Source of the DNA: Pseudomonas phage phi297
Length of the DNA stretch: 49,135 nt
Sequence record: HQ711984.1
Direction: 5' to 3' (one strand)
Shown here: positions 34,361-45,173 of the stretch, piece after piece
Layout of the letters: each line of letters starts with the position of its first letter
Position numbering within the stretch: position 1 is the first letter of the stretch
Translations under genes and position numbers: made by a program
The notes under the pieces: generated by a model
Databases searched by the model: none
What the model saw: the letters and a program-made list of their open reading frames with translations, nothing else
What the model was told of the DNA's origin: nothing

Positions 34361-37300
34361 TGGCTGAGAATGTCGGCAGCATCTACTACACCGTCGAGGC
34401 GGATACCTCTGGCCTTGTAAACGGCACGAATGCTGCTGACCGTTCATTGGATCAGATGCAGGCAACCATGCGGCGTGCTGATAGCGAGGCGGCACGTCTC
34501 AACACGACTGTCACCAAGCTTTCGTCGGCTATTAAGACGATCATCGCGGCGTCAGCGCTCCGCGAGATGGCCAGCATGGTCCAGTCCTATCAGGAGATGG
34601 CTGACAGGGTTCGTCTGGCGTCTGCAAGCCAGGAAGAGTATGAAAACGTACAGGCCAGACTGCTCCGTACCGCCAACGGGACATACCGAGCGCTCTCCGA
34701 GGCGCAGGAACTCTACATCCGCACTTCTGCAGGCCTGAAAGCTCTCGGATACGACACAACGTCTGCACTGGATGTGATGGATTCGCTGTCGTATGCATTC
34801 GTGACCAATGCGACCAAGGCGGATGCAGCAGAGGCAGCGATCAGCCAGTTCTCCAAGGCAATCAACACCGGCAAGGTTTCGGCTGACCAATGGGAAACAA
34901 TCTCCAGCGCAGTCCCGTCTGTTATTGAGGATATCGGCGCCGCTGCAGGTAAGACGGGGGCGGAAGTCAGGAGTCTTGGTGCGCAGGGGCAATTAACGGC
35001 GCAAATGCTCACCGAGGGTCTACGTAAGTCCTTAGAAGAGAACTCCAAGGCAGCCGCCGGCATGTCCAATAACCTAACCGATGCAGGGGTCAGGATTCGC
35101 ACTGCATTTACTCAAGTCCTTGTTTCGTTGGAAGACCAGACTGGTGCCCTTCAAACCTTCACCAATGGTCTTATTTCGGCTGCTGATGCGCTTCTTGAGT
35201 TCGGGCTTGACTCGGAAAAAATGGCAGCATTTCTCGACACTGCAACAGTCGCAGCAGCTTCTCTGGCCTCTGTTGTGGCTGGGCGTCTAGTTACCTCCCT
35301 GTATGCAGCAGGTGCGGCCCAAGTGCAAAGATTGCGGGCAACGCTTGAGCAGATAGCAGCTGATCGGAATGCTGCTATAGGTGCACTGCGCCGGGCAGAG
35401 GCAGAGAAGGCGGCGGCCGCCGCGGCTGTCGCTCTGGCTCAGGCGGACTTGAATGCCGCTAGGGGTTCGAATGCCCACGCAACAGCTCTAAACGCGCTGC
35501 TGGCCGCTAAAGAGCGCGACTTGGCCGCCACAAGGGCACTAACGGCTGCTCAAACAACGCTGAATGGTGTAGCAACCACCGGGACAGTGGTAATGGGAGG
35601 CCTTCGAGCGGCAATGGCGTTCCTCGGCGGACCGCTTGGGGTTGTTCTGTTGGCCGCAACCGCGATCGCAACATTTGCAACGAATGCACGGGAGGCGAAA
35701 GAGCCTACGGACCTTCTAACTCTGTCCGTTGAAAAGCTTGGACAGGCACAGCTGAAGGTTGCGCGACTGGATATCGACAAGCGAATCCAGGCAGTGAGCG
35801 ACAAGCTCAAACTGCTTGGGGAAAACTATGCGTTCGCGGCAAAAGAAGCCCAGGGCTCTGGTCGAAGGGCCAATCGGTACGCTGAAGATGCCGTGCGTAT
35901 CCAAGGCGCGGTCGAGGAGCTTACGCAGGAGCTTGACCAGCTACAGAAAAAACGTTCAGACGTCGACGCTGCCCTGGATAAAAAGAGTTCATCCCCATCC
36001 GGTAATGGCCCGGATCGCCAGGCAAACCCGGAGGATACAAAGGCTCTCCAGAATCTTCGCGACGAGGCTGAACTATCTGCTCTCGCGGGTGAAGAACGGG
36101 CGAAGCTTGCCGCGCGCAAAAAGCTCAGTGCTGATGCCACAAAAGAGGAGATCGCGGAGGCGGAGCGTCTCGCCGTCCAGATATTCCGCAACAGCGAAGC
36201 ACGGAAGCAAGAGAAGAAGTCAGCCTCTGATACCGCCTCTACGGTCAAAAAGTCGATGGAGGAGCAGCGTCGCGCTGCCCTGGACAATGAGAAGACTATC
36301 GGAGACCTTTCCCAGCAACTGGCACAGGCTGGACTGAAGGGAAAGGAACTGGCAGAAGTTGGGGCGCAATCTCGCCTTAATCCATTCGCCACGCCGGAGC
36401 AGGTCGCCCAGGTCCGCGCACTCGCCGCGGCTCTGTACGAAGCGCAACAGATCGAAGCCAACAAGCAGTTGTTGGGTCAGATGGACCCGATCGCCGGCGA
36501 AGACCAGCGCTACCAGACCGAACTGGAGAATCTGAAAAAGCTGAACGAGGCCAAGTTGCTCGAGGACCAGCGCTACCTGGAACTCAAGACGCAGGCCGAG
36601 CAACAGCACGATGCCACGATGAAGCAACTGGAGGAGGAGCGATTCCGCCGCCAGGCTGCCGGCAACGAGATGATCATGGCAACGCTGGATCAGGTGCAGC
36701 AGGCCGGCACGAACGCTCTGACAGGGCTGATAACCGGGGCGAACAACGGTGCTGACGCCATGCGGCAACTGGCCGGCGCCATGCTGAACCAGGTCGTGGG
36801 CGCCCTCGTCAAGGTCGGCATCGAACAGGCGAAGAACTTCATCATGGGGCAGGCCCAGCAGGCGGCTGCGGCAACCACAGCCGCTGCGACCGGTGCAGCT
36901 ATGGCTTCTGCCTACGCCCCGGCCGCTGCTGCCGCCTCGGTTGCGTCATTCGGTGGGGCGGCAACGGCTGGCCTGACCGCAATGGCGGCTGCCATCCCGG
37001 CGATGCTTGGCATGTTCGCTGGTGGCCGACAGTACGGCGGCCCCGTAGGGGCTGGTGGCATGTACCGCATCAACGAGAACGGCGCGCCAGAGGTATTCCA
37101 GGCTGCGAATGGCCGGCAGTACATGCTGCCGAACACGCGAGGCGAGGTGATCAGCAACGGCGACGCCACCGCGCAGGGCTCGCCGCAGATCAGCCTGCAG
37201 ATCATCAACAACGGTCCTCCGGTTTCCGCCACCGCCACCATGGACGGGAACAACCTGCGGGTAACACTCGATGCGGTCGAGCAGGACTTTGCCAACAAGG

Positions 37301-37371
37301 TTTCGTCCGGCCAGGGGCTTTACCCGAAAGCAATCGAAGGCGCCTATGGATTCAAGAGGGCAGGGCGATGA
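34357..37371 (+). CDS. tail tape measure protein
   Basis: ~1000 aa. Ala/Gln-rich coiled coil. RBS AAGGAG. Confidence 0.85.
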   Translation: MMAENVGSIYYTVEADTSGLVNGTNAADRSLDQMQATMRRADSEAARLNTTVTKLSSAIKTIIAASALREMASMVQSYQEMADRVRLASASQEEYENVQARLLRTANGTYRALSEAQELYIRTSAGLKALGYDTTSALDVMDSLSYAFVTNATKADAAEAAISQFSKAINTGKVSADQWETISSAVPSVIEDIGAAAGKTGAEVRSLGAQGQLTAQMLTEGLRKSLEENSKAAAGMSNNLTDAGVRIRTAFTQVLVSLEDQTGALQTFTNGLISAADALLEFGLDSEKMAAFLDTATVAAASLASVVAGRLVTSLYAAGAAQVQRLRATLEQIAADRNAAIGALRRAEAEKAAAAAAVALAQADLNAARGSNAHATALNALLAAKERDLAATRALTAAQTTLNGVATTGTVVMGGLRAAMAFLGGPLGVVLLAATAIATFATNAREAKEPTDLLTLSVEKLGQAQLKVARLDIDKRIQAVSDKLKLLGENYAFAAKEAQGSGRRANRYAEDAVRIQGAVEELTQELDQLQKKRSDVDAALDKKSSSPSGNGPDRQANPEDTKALQNLRDEAELSALAGEERAKLAARKKLSADATKEEIAEAERLAVQIFRNSEARKQEKKSASDTASTVKKSMEEQRRAALDNEKTIGDLSQQLAQAGLKGKELAEVGAQSRLNPFATPEQVAQVRALAAALYEAQQIEANKQLLGQMDPIAGEDQRYQTELENLKKLNEAKLLEDQRYLELKTQAEQQHDATMKQLEEERFRRQAAGNEMIMATLDQVQQAGTNALTGLITGANNGADAMRQLAGAMLNQVVGALVKVGIEQAKNFIMGQAQQAAAATTAAATGAAMASAYAPAAAAASVASFGGAATAGLTAMAAAIPAMLGMFAGGRQYGGPVGAGGMYRINENGAPEVFQAANGRQYMLPNTRGEVISNGDATAQGSPQISLQIINNGPPVSATATMDGNNLRVTLDAVEQDFANKVSSGQGLYPKAIEGAYGFKRAGR

Positions 37372-37835
37372 TCAAATGGCCTGATGGCCTTCCCTTCCCG
37401 CTCAGGGAGGGTTACGGCTTCAAGACGGTAGAGCCTATGGCCAGGACGTCCCTCCAGAGCGGTCGGGCACGCTACAGGCGGAACTTCAGCAATGTGCCGG
37501 TCGCACTGGAGGTTTCCTGGCTGTTCACTGCTGAGCAGGCTCGGCTGTTCAAAGGGTGGTACCGAGACGTCCTGAAAGACGGCGTCAAGTGGTTCGAGTG
37601 CGATTTGCGTACGGAAGAGGGAATCGTTCCGTGCCACCTGCACTTCGAGGGGATCTACGACGGTGGCTATCTCGTCGGGCGCGACCACTGGCGCTTCAAC
37701 GCGACCGTCGTGATGCGAGAGCGCTCGATCATCGATCCTGGGTGGGCTGAGATTCTGCCCGAGTACATCCTCCTCGCTGACATCTTCGACATCGCGATGA
37801 ACAGGGAGTGGCCGAGACATGGCGACGGCTCTTGA
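37368..37835 (+). CDS. minor tail protein (distal tail, M-like)
   Basis: ATGA overlap with the tape measure stop. Confidence 0.5.
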   Translation: MIKWPDGLPFPLREGYGFKTVEPMARTSLQSGRARYRRNFSNVPVALEVSWLFTAEQARLFKGWYRDVLKDGVKWFECDLRTEEGIVPCHLHFEGIYDGGYLVGRDHWRFNATVVMRERSIIDPGWAEILPEYILLADIFDIAMNREWPRHGDGS

Positions 37836-38310
37836 GCGGTTCTATGCCTCCGGCGGTGAAGACCTGAAGCTCGCCACGGTCGAGTTGTCTTGCCCGGCGT
37901 GGCTGGAGCCTATCCTCATCTGCCAGGGCTATGACGACATCACCTGCATGACCGAAGACGGGCGGCTACTTACGTTCATCGCTGGCGCTATCGACGTATC
38001 GATTCCGAAGCGAGACAACAGCGGAAACCAGAACGTCGGATTCGCAATCGACAACGTGACCGGATTCGCCCAGCAGCGTATCAACGAAGCCCTGGAGGCT
38101 GGCGAGTATGTGACCCTGATCCTGCGGATATATCTGGAAAGCGATCTCACAGCACCTGCTGAGCGGCCATACCGCATGAGGGTCAAGACGTCGGGTTTCG
38201 AGGGTCTCACTGTCCAGGTGGAGGCCGGTTACTACGACCTCATCAACACCGCGGCGCTGCGGCACATCTACAACGTCAGCGAGTTCCCTGGCCTCAAATA
38301 CTGGCCCTGA
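37819..38310 (+). CDS. minor tail protein (L-like)
   Basis: Assignment rests on position. Confidence 0.5.
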   Translation: MATALERFYASGGEDLKLATVELSCPAWLEPILICQGYDDITCMTEDGRLLTFIAGAIDVSIPKRDNSGNQNVGFAIDNVTGFAQQRINEALEAGEYVTLILRIYLESDLTAPAERPYRMRVKTSGFEGLTVQVEAGYYDLINTAALRHIYNVSEFPGLKYWP

Positions 38311-38314
38311 TCCC

Positions 38315-38722
38315 ATGCCGAACAGATACCTAACCGCCATCTATACCGAGGGCGGGCGGACCCTGCCGTGCCTTGACTGCTGGGGCCTGACGCTCATCGC
38401 GCGGGTTGAGTTGTTCGGGCTGCCGATGCTGACCGACTTCGGTGGTGTCACGCGACTCACCCCGGTTTCGATGCAGCGGGCGTGCGATATGGAGATCCAG
38501 CGCGCGCTCGAGCAATGCGAGCCAGGACCTGGGGTCATCGCCGCGGCCTATAGAGGGCGTCTGCTCGATCACGTAGGTCTGCTGGTCGAGGTGGATGGTC
38601 GCCTGCGGATTCTCGAAATCAACCCGGGAAGCGGGGTGTCGCTCACTCCGCTCCAGAAGTTCTCCGACAAATACTCCAAGGTGGTCTTCTACCGTGATCG
38701 AAATCTACCCATCGCTCCTTGA
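38315..38722 (+). CDS. tail protein with NlpC/P60 (C40) fold, lambda K-like
   Basis: Catalytic-like Cys (LDCWGL) and His (LDHVGLL). Confidence 0.6.
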   Translation: MPNRYLTAIYTEGGRTLPCLDCWGLTLIARVELFGLPMLTDFGGVTRLTPVSMQRACDMEIQRALEQCEPGPGVIAAAYRGRLLDHVGLLVEVDGRLRILEINPGSGVSLTPLQKFSDKYSKVVFYRDRNLPIAP

Positions 38723-41423
38723 CGGAGAACCGCTGGAGAGGCATCCGATCGGCCGCAGGATGACGATCCATGCGTGGCTGACTGCGAATTCGCCTGGGTA
38801 CCGCTGCCACGACGTTCATCCGTTCTCCATCGGTGTCGTCCCCGCCGAGGTTGCGCTCTGCGGTGACCTGACCGACAAGCAGAAAAAGGCGCATGAGGAA
38901 TTCGTCCATCCCGGTGAGTGGGCCGAGCGCATCATCGACCGCGGCGACATCGTTCGGATCTACAAGCTGCCGCGCGGGACTGATCCGTTCACGATCACGG
39001 CAGCGCTGTTCAAAGGTGCGCAGTCCGTTTTTCGGATGCTCATGCCTCAATTGCCTGGCATGCCAACGAACCCCGGGCAGGGCGCGTCGCTCTCTGAAAC
39101 CAGCGCGCGCGGGAACAAGGTCAAGCTCGGCGATGCGATACGCGAAGTTGCTGGCCGTCGCCTGATTTATCCCGATTACATCCTGCCGCCCAGGAAGTAT
39201 TTCGCCGGCCCGCGTGAGCAGTGGACCGAAATGCTGTTGTGCATTGGACGTGGTCGATTCCAGATCGCCGAGGGTGCTGCGAAAATCGGTGACACGTCGT
39301 TCCTGGCGCTGGGCGCTGATGCCTCTTTCCAGATTTTCGAACCAGGGCAGAACGTCAGCGGGCACCCGGCATCGGTCTGGTGGCACCTGGTTGAGGAAGT
39401 TGGTGCGAGCTCAACTGGTAATGCCGGCCTGGACCTGACCGAGAGCTCCAATCTCACCCCGAACCCGTCGGCAACTACGTTCACGTTTTCCGGAACGAAC
39501 ATCATCATTTCTGCCGGAGCCGGGTCGTTCCCCTCTGACTGGGTTGCGGGGACGATCCTGCGGGTTGAGGCGATGTACCCCTATTCGGTGAACGATGGCG
39601 GCGGTTCTGACCGCGATGTCGTGACCGGTGACATCGCGCAACTGGGCCTGGATATCGGAGACGAGATCGAGGTTGTTGGCACCAACGGCGGCCTCTACCT
39701 GGTGAACGACATTACCTCCACGTCGATGACGCTCAACTACAGCAACGGTTCGCCGGCCAATGCGTTGCAGACCGGTTCCGGCAATGCAGCAATCGGCCCG
39801 CGCGGACTGCGCTATCGGATCACGTCCTACAGCGCGCAGCAACTCACCGTCGAGCGGCTGACCAGTGCCGGCGGTGTAGATGTGGACTGGCCTGGATTTA
39901 CCGCGCTCAACTCGTCTACGTCTCGCGTCACGATCGATCCGACCAGCCTAGAAGGGGGCTGGCGCGGGCCATTCCCGGCGTGCCCTGTGTCGGAGAAGAC
40001 CAACTTCGTCGAGATCGACGTATTTTGCCCGGAAGGGCTTTGCGGTGTAGGCAGGGAAGGGCAGATCTACCAGATCCGCACCTATTACGACATCCAGTGG
40101 CGAGACATGGCCATCGGCGGCGCATGGACGACGGTCAGCAAGAACCATGCTGGCAGTTCTCTCGACCAGCAGGGTTTTACGGACGGCATCCCGCTGCCGT
40201 ACATGATGCGGCCCGAGTTTCGCATCAGAAAAGTGTTCGTCAACCAGGGCGGCAACTCAACATCCGAGTACCGAGACCGCACCCAGTGGTACGGGATGCG
40301 CGCGCGCCTCCAGGCTCCATCGTCCTACGCCGGCGTCACGACAATGGCTGTTCGGTATCGGTCGTCTGACCGCATCGCGGCGCAGACCGAAAGCCGCGTC
40401 TCGGTAGAGGCTACCCGCATGCTACCGACTCGGCAGAACGGTGCATGGACGCCTGAACTCGCAACGCGAGACATCGTCCCGTTCCTCTGCTATATCGCCA
40501 AGGAGCGCGGCTACACCGATGCGGATCTCGACCTCGAAGAACTGGATAGGCTGGACGCCGTCTGGAAGGCCCGCGGCGACACGTTCGACATGATCTACGA
40601 GGACGGCAAGATCACCGTCGCCCAGATCATGGACGACGTGCTTGCAGCCGGATATGCGGAGAAGACCATCAAGCGCGGCGTGATCTCTGCGGCCAGAGAC
40701 GAGCCCAGGACAACGTTCGGGCACATGTACTCGCCGCAGAACATGGATGGTCCGCTGAGGATCAGCATCAGCGCTCCGTCTGAGGACGACTATGACGGAG
40801 TCGATGTTGAGTTCGTCAATGCCAACGGCTGGATAGAAGATACCGTCCAGTGCCGCCTGCCCGGGGATGTCGGCAGGAAGGTCGAGAAGATCACGGCTGT
40901 CGGTGTCACAAACCGCGATCGCGCCTGGCGCTACGGAATGCGTCGCCGGATGGCGCAGCGATACCGGCGAACCGAGTATTCGTTCGATACCGGCCTCGAC
41001 GCGCTGAACAGCGAGTTCTGGGATTACGTGGCCCTTGCCGGCGATGTTCCCGGCCCAGGACTGGCGCAGAGCGCATATCTGAAATCGTTCGTGATCTCGG
41101 GAAACTCGGTCCTGATCGAGTCCAGCGAGCCGCTCGACTGGTCACTGCTGAACTCGCCAGCGCTCTACCTGCGGCGCCCAGACGGAACGGTTTCCGGTGG
41201 CTACCCGGCATCCAGGATCGACGACTACCGGCTGAGTATTCCCAGCATCGATTTCGTCCCTGATGTTTCCTGGGAAATCGAGCCGCCGCACCTGCTACTG
41301 GGAAACCCATACCCGGCCCTGATCAGTTCCATCGATCCAAACGGCAATACCGCTGCGTCCGTTCGCGCGACGAACTACGACGAGCGCGTCTACACATACG
41401 ACAACGCCAGCGCCCCCAACTGA
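38694..41423 (+). CDS. tail tip / host-specificity protein (J-like)
   Basis: GTG 38694 with AGGTGG. 909 aa with Gly-rich beta regions. Followed by a terminator. Confidence 0.6.
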   Translation: MIEIYPSLLDGEPLERHPIGRRMTIHAWLTANSPGYRCHDVHPFSIGVVPAEVALCGDLTDKQKKAHEEFVHPGEWAERIIDRGDIVRIYKLPRGTDPFTITAALFKGAQSVFRMLMPQLPGMPTNPGQGASLSETSARGNKVKLGDAIREVAGRRLIYPDYILPPRKYFAGPREQWTEMLLCIGRGRFQIAEGAAKIGDTSFLALGADASFQIFEPGQNVSGHPASVWWHLVEEVGASSTGNAGLDLTESSNLTPNPSATTFTFSGTNIIISAGAGSFPSDWVAGTILRVEAMYPYSVNDGGGSDRDVVTGDIAQLGLDIGDEIEVVGTNGGLYLVNDITSTSMTLNYSNGSPANALQTGSGNAAIGPRGLRYRITSYSAQQLTVERLTSAGGVDVDWPGFTALNSSTSRVTIDPTSLEGGWRGPFPACPVSEKTNFVEIDVFCPEGLCGVGREGQIYQIRTYYDIQWRDMAIGGAWTTVSKNHAGSSLDQQGFTDGIPLPYMMRPEFRIRKVFVNQGGNSTSEYRDRTQWYGMRARLQAPSSYAGVTTMAVRYRSSDRIAAQTESRVSVEATRMLPTRQNGAWTPELATRDIVPFLCYIAKERGYTDADLDLEELDRLDAVWKARGDTFDMIYEDGKITVAQIMDDVLAAGYAEKTIKRGVISAARDEPRTTFGHMYSPQNMDGPLRISISAPSEDDYDGVDVEFVNANGWIEDTVQCRLPGDVGRKVEKITAVGVTNRDRAWRYGMRRRMAQRYRRTEYSFDTGLDALNSEFWDYVALAGDVPGPGLAQSAYLKSFVISGNSVLIESSEPLDWSLLNSPALYLRRPDGTVSGGYPASRIDDYRLSIPSIDFVPDVSWEIEPPHLLLGNPYPALISSIDPNGNTAASVRATNYDERVYTYDNASAPN

Positions 41424-41441
41424 TCGCACACACAAATCCAG

Positions 41442-41466
41442 AGCCCGCCATAGAGCGGGCTTTTTC
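41442..41466 (+). terminator. intrinsic terminator (AGCCCGC-N6-GCGGGCT TTTT)
   Basis: Stem plus T5 between the J-like gene and the tailspike gene. Confidence 0.55.
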
Positions 41467-41483
41467 ATGCCCGGAGAATTTGC

Positions 41484-43724
41484 ATGACGACCTACGCCAC
41501 CGGTAACCCGCTGGGCTCCAAAGACCCGCGTGATCTGTACGACAACGCCGAGAACTTCGACGCGGCGATGAACGACCGGGTGAATACCACGTGGAATGAT
41601 CGTTTCGGCGTTAGTCGCCCAACGATGAAAGGGTATGAGGAACAGTTCAACGACTGGCTGGATGCTCAAGGATTCGAGCCAGGCTTCCTTGAATATGTCG
41701 ACGGCTCCCCGCTGACCGTAGATCGTCCGACCCAACTGATCCAGCGCGGGGACAACATCTACAGCGTCAAGCGCCCGGCATCGTTCCCCGTTGAGCTGAC
41801 CGGGAACTGGTCCACCGACCAGAACCTGCTGGTTGCCCAGGTTGACCGGACGCTGCAAGACACCCTGGCCACCAGCGCTGGCGCCGGGATGATCGGCTAT
41901 CGCGAGCGCACCGTAGCCGACCGCCTGAACGATACTGCGAACGTAAAGGACTACGGAGCAATCGCAGATGGGGCGTATCACCCGTTGTCAGAGCGGTTCG
42001 CTACGCTCGCCGAGGCGCAGGCGGTCTATCCGCACGCCACTGCGCTGACCGACAGTATCGATTGGGCGGCGTATCAGGCGGCAATCAACTCCGGGGCGCC
42101 GCATGTGCATGCGCCAGGCGGCCACTACGTCATGAATCGCGGAACTCTCGCTGAGCGGGATATTCGGTATACCGGCGATGGCTATGCTACCCGCGTAGAT
42201 TTCAGCCTCGCAGATGGCCCAGGTAGCTGCATGCTGACGCAGGGTGAGCTTGTGCAAATCGGCGATCTGTCCGTGAGCGTGGTTAAAGGCGCTCGCACGC
42301 TGACATTTGCCGCTGCGCCAGACCTGGCTCCGGGCGACGTGGTCATCGTGTACAACCCCGCCAACGGATCTTGGCTGGCTGATCGCGATCCGTATCGCGC
42401 TGGCGAGATGTGGAAAGTCCATTCGGTAAGCGGTAGCACTGTCACGATCTACGGAAACAGCTCGTCGGTGTACCTGTTCTCCGAGGTAGACGTATACCGC
42501 ATGCGCGGCGTGCGCGTGTCTGTCGATCAGATGCATTTTTCGCCATCGGACACATATGCTATTGCGCCGTTCAGGGTGGTTTTCGGTGATGGAGTTAAGG
42601 TTTCCAACTACTACGCTAGCGATGTCACGCGTTACACAGGGCTAGAAGTAGAACGATGCTTTGACGTTTCGATCAATGCGGTTTCAAGCCCGAACAGATC
42701 GCCGGCAGTCAATGACGAATATGGGATTACTATCTCGAACTGCCATAATTTCTCGGTGTACGGTGGTTATGCAGCGGCAACCAGGCATGCTGTCGCGCTC
42801 GGCGGAATGGACGCTGTGTGCTGCGTGCCCAACCGTAACGGACTGATTTACGGTATGCATATAGAGGGCATCGATATCGATTCGGATATTGGTGCGGGAG
42901 ATATGCATGGCAACGCCGACAAAATCACATACGACAACTGCGAGTTTCGGAACGGGGTGATTCTTCAAGGACGAGACGCCACCGTCCGTAACAGCACTAT
43001 CTATGGCGTTTCGAGCGTTTCGGGCGAAGCTCTATACGGGACCGAAGTGTATGGCGGGACGTATACAATCGAGAACAATCGTTTTATCAGTTACGGAAAC
43101 GGTGCGTCTTTCGGCATCATCCATATTTCACCAGGGACGAGCCAGCGCGAAGCGCTGCTGATCATCGCGAGAAACAATACATTCGAACTGCCGAATGCCA
43201 CAGGATCGACAAAGGTGCTGTTCTTGCGCGGACGCAATAGTCCGCTCCCGTGTAGTGTTAACATCGACGGCATGCATGTCCACATGGCGCCTGTTGCGAT
43301 GCAGTGTTTCCTTTTCGCAGACGACCAAGTTGCAGCAACTCTGAACAGTAACTATCTGATCATTGACGGCGTATATGGGCCTAGTGGTACGTACCTGCTG
43401 TATCCAACCTCGAAGAATGCCGCCATACCGACCAGGCAGATGCACCAGTCCGGCGCGGTGAACGTGACTACTACGGCTTCCGCTACGGTTGCAGCCCCAG
43501 CTCAGACCATTCGCTACCCATACTCCAAGATACCCAACGTTAGCGTGCAGGTTTCCAGTCAGTCGGGCGGTGGTCAGAGCGCAATCGGGTCAATCACCCC
43601 TGTGGCGATTGCGTACAATGTGCAGCCGAACAGCATCAGGCCTGCAATCATGGCGCCCAGCGGATCGTTCGCGGCCGGAGGCTCCGCTCGTCTTCACTGG
43701 TCTGCTAGCCTAGATGATATTTGA
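41484..43724 (+). CDS. tailspike with pectate-lyase-like right-handed beta-helix (polysaccharide depolymerase)
   Basis: VKDYGAIADGAYHP is a Pectate_lyase_3 hallmark. Conserved N-terminal anchor domain. RBS GGAGAA. Confidence 0.75.
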   Translation: MTTYATGNPLGSKDPRDLYDNAENFDAAMNDRVNTTWNDRFGVSRPTMKGYEEQFNDWLDAQGFEPGFLEYVDGSPLTVDRPTQLIQRGDNIYSVKRPASFPVELTGNWSTDQNLLVAQVDRTLQDTLATSAGAGMIGYRERTVADRLNDTANVKDYGAIADGAYHPLSERFATLAEAQAVYPHATALTDSIDWAAYQAAINSGAPHVHAPGGHYVMNRGTLAERDIRYTGDGYATRVDFSLADGPGSCMLTQGELVQIGDLSVSVVKGARTLTFAAAPDLAPGDVVIVYNPANGSWLADRDPYRAGEMWKVHSVSGSTVTIYGNSSSVYLFSEVDVYRMRGVRVSVDQMHFSPSDTYAIAPFRVVFGDGVKVSNYYASDVTRYTGLEVERCFDVSINAVSSPNRSPAVNDEYGITISNCHNFSVYGGYAAATRHAVALGGMDAVCCVPNRNGLIYGMHIEGIDIDSDIGAGDMHGNADKITYDNCEFRNGVILQGRDATVRNSTIYGVSSVSGEALYGTEVYGGTYTIENNRFISYGNGASFGIIHISPGTSQREALLIIARNNTFELPNATGSTKVLFLRGRNSPLPCSVNIDGMHVHMAPVAMQCFLFADDQVAATLNSNYLIIDGVYGPSGTYLLYPTSKNAAIPTRQMHQSGAVNVTTTASATVAAPAQTIRYPYSKIPNVSVQVSSQSGGGQSAIGSITPVAIAYNVQPNSIRPAIMAPSGSFAAGGSARLHWSASLDDI

Positions 43725-43857
43725 TAGTTAGGTCTGGGCGCTTTTCTGGCCCGGGCCTATTTTAAATGTCCTGATAGTATGTCGCTATAAAAAGCACAAG
43801 GATGAATGCTGCTATTGATATTACTTTTGTTATTTGGTCGAAGATTGTGCGAAGCAT

Positions 43858-45012
43858 TTAATTGTCCTCGATTTTAAGATTAGATGATGAGTAAAGCCCA
43901 AGTGCGGCAGGTAGTAATAAATATGTAAAGTATTTCCCAACAAGAAGAAGCACTATTGTCACTGCGAGAATTGAGAATGCGGATATTTCTCTATTAGTCT
44001 GCGCGCTTCCGAGTGCTATATTTATTCCTAGTTTTACGGTTGGACCTATTGAGATGATGAGTATAAACAAGAATCCGAATAGTCCTAGGTCGTTCCATGC
44101 TGAAAGGATGTTGTGTATGTACTCGCCTTTTTCATATTTTCCATAGTTTCCTAGTATTGGGCTTTCCATTATCTTGTTTAGTCCTTCAGATGCTATACGG
44201 CTCCGCTCATTGCTCGAATTGTCATGCTGAAGATCAAGCAGATTTGCTACTCTGCTATCTGGAATCTCCACTATTCCAGAACTAATGGTTGCCACTGATC
44301 CTGCTGAAACTATGATAAGGGCAAGTATAGGGAGTCCCTTGTTTTTTGACGACAGAAACTCGTAGGTTGCCGCAAATAGAGCGTATGCAACGAATTCGCT
44401 TCTCGCACCATTTATGTAAAGGCAGGCTATCGCTACAGCATGCGCAATGCATCTGGTAGGCAATGATCGCACTCCCGTAACAAGAGCAACCGAAAGCAGC
44501 AAGTAACAGAGGGCGAAGGTTTGATATCCCGGTATCTTATCTACGTCGCTGGGGAGCTCTCTAAGCGAGAATCTTCCGTCTACAGTAAATATAAGAATGC
44601 ATGCGGATGAAGCAATCCACGCAGTTTTAAGAGCTAGCCCCGGTAGTCGGTCAACTCTGAAAGCACCCTTGCATATAAGAAAAACGGCTGCGCATTGTGC
44701 GATTGAAACCATGTGCCATGTGAAGATATAGCTTTCTTCTTCTCTGTTTAAAATTACGATGCACAGGAAAAATAGAAGAAATCCAAAGTACGTCAGATCA
44801 ATTACAGCTATTCGTCCTGTTCTGAGCGTGGTCCACAGATATAGCGGAGCAAGTATTGCGAGCGCGGCTGCGGATGTTTTTCCAAAGTATCCAGTAATAA
44901 GCGCCGGAATCAGTCCATTTGTTGTCGCTACGTAATAAAGAATCGTTCCTGGGAACAGGAGAAGGAAAAGGATGTATGGGACGGTTGAAAACGGGATCTT
45001 GGTCCTATTCAT
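43858..45012 (-). CDS. wzy: Wzy-type O-antigen polymerase/ligase-family polytopic membrane protein (serotype conversion)
   Basis: 384 aa with ~10 TM helices and a large periplasmic loop. GC is far below the prophage average. RBS GGAGAAAGGAA. Confidence 0.7.
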   Translation of the reverse strand: MNRTKIPFSTVPYILFLLLFPGTILYYVATTNGLIPALITGYFGKTSAAALAILAPLYLWTTLRTGRIAVIDLTYFGFLLFFLCIVILNREEESYIFTWHMVSIAQCAAVFLICKGAFRVDRLPGLALKTAWIASSACILIFTVDGRFSLRELPSDVDKIPGYQTFALCYLLLSVALVTGVRSLPTRCIAHAVAIACLYINGARSEFVAYALFAATYEFLSSKNKGLPILALIIVSAGSVATISSGIVEIPDSRVANLLDLQHDNSSNERSRIASEGLNKIMESPILGNYGKYEKGEYIHNILSAWNDLGLFGFLFILIISIGPTVKLGINIALGSAQTNREISAFSILAVTIVLLLVGKYFTYLLLPAALGLYSSSNLKIEDN

Positions 45013-45104
45013 GCGTATTTCCTTTCTCCATTCCTTAAAACGTGGCGCGTCATGGTACGCGCTTCATTCATGCTAGTCATTGGATAGTGAATCGCCATGC
45101 CCAT
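45009..45104 (-). CDS. possible 31-aa ORF translationally coupled (ATGA) to wzy
   Basis: The hydrophilic sequence MGMAIHYPMTSMNEARTMTRHVLRNGERKYA argues against a membrane peptide. Confidence 0.15.
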   Translation of the reverse strand: MGMAIHYPMTSMNEARTMTRHVLRNGERKYA

Positions 45105-45173
45105 CACTGAGCAGCAACTGCTGCGAATTCTCCCGAACGCCGGCCCTCGAGCCGGCGTTTTTGTTGGAGCGCG

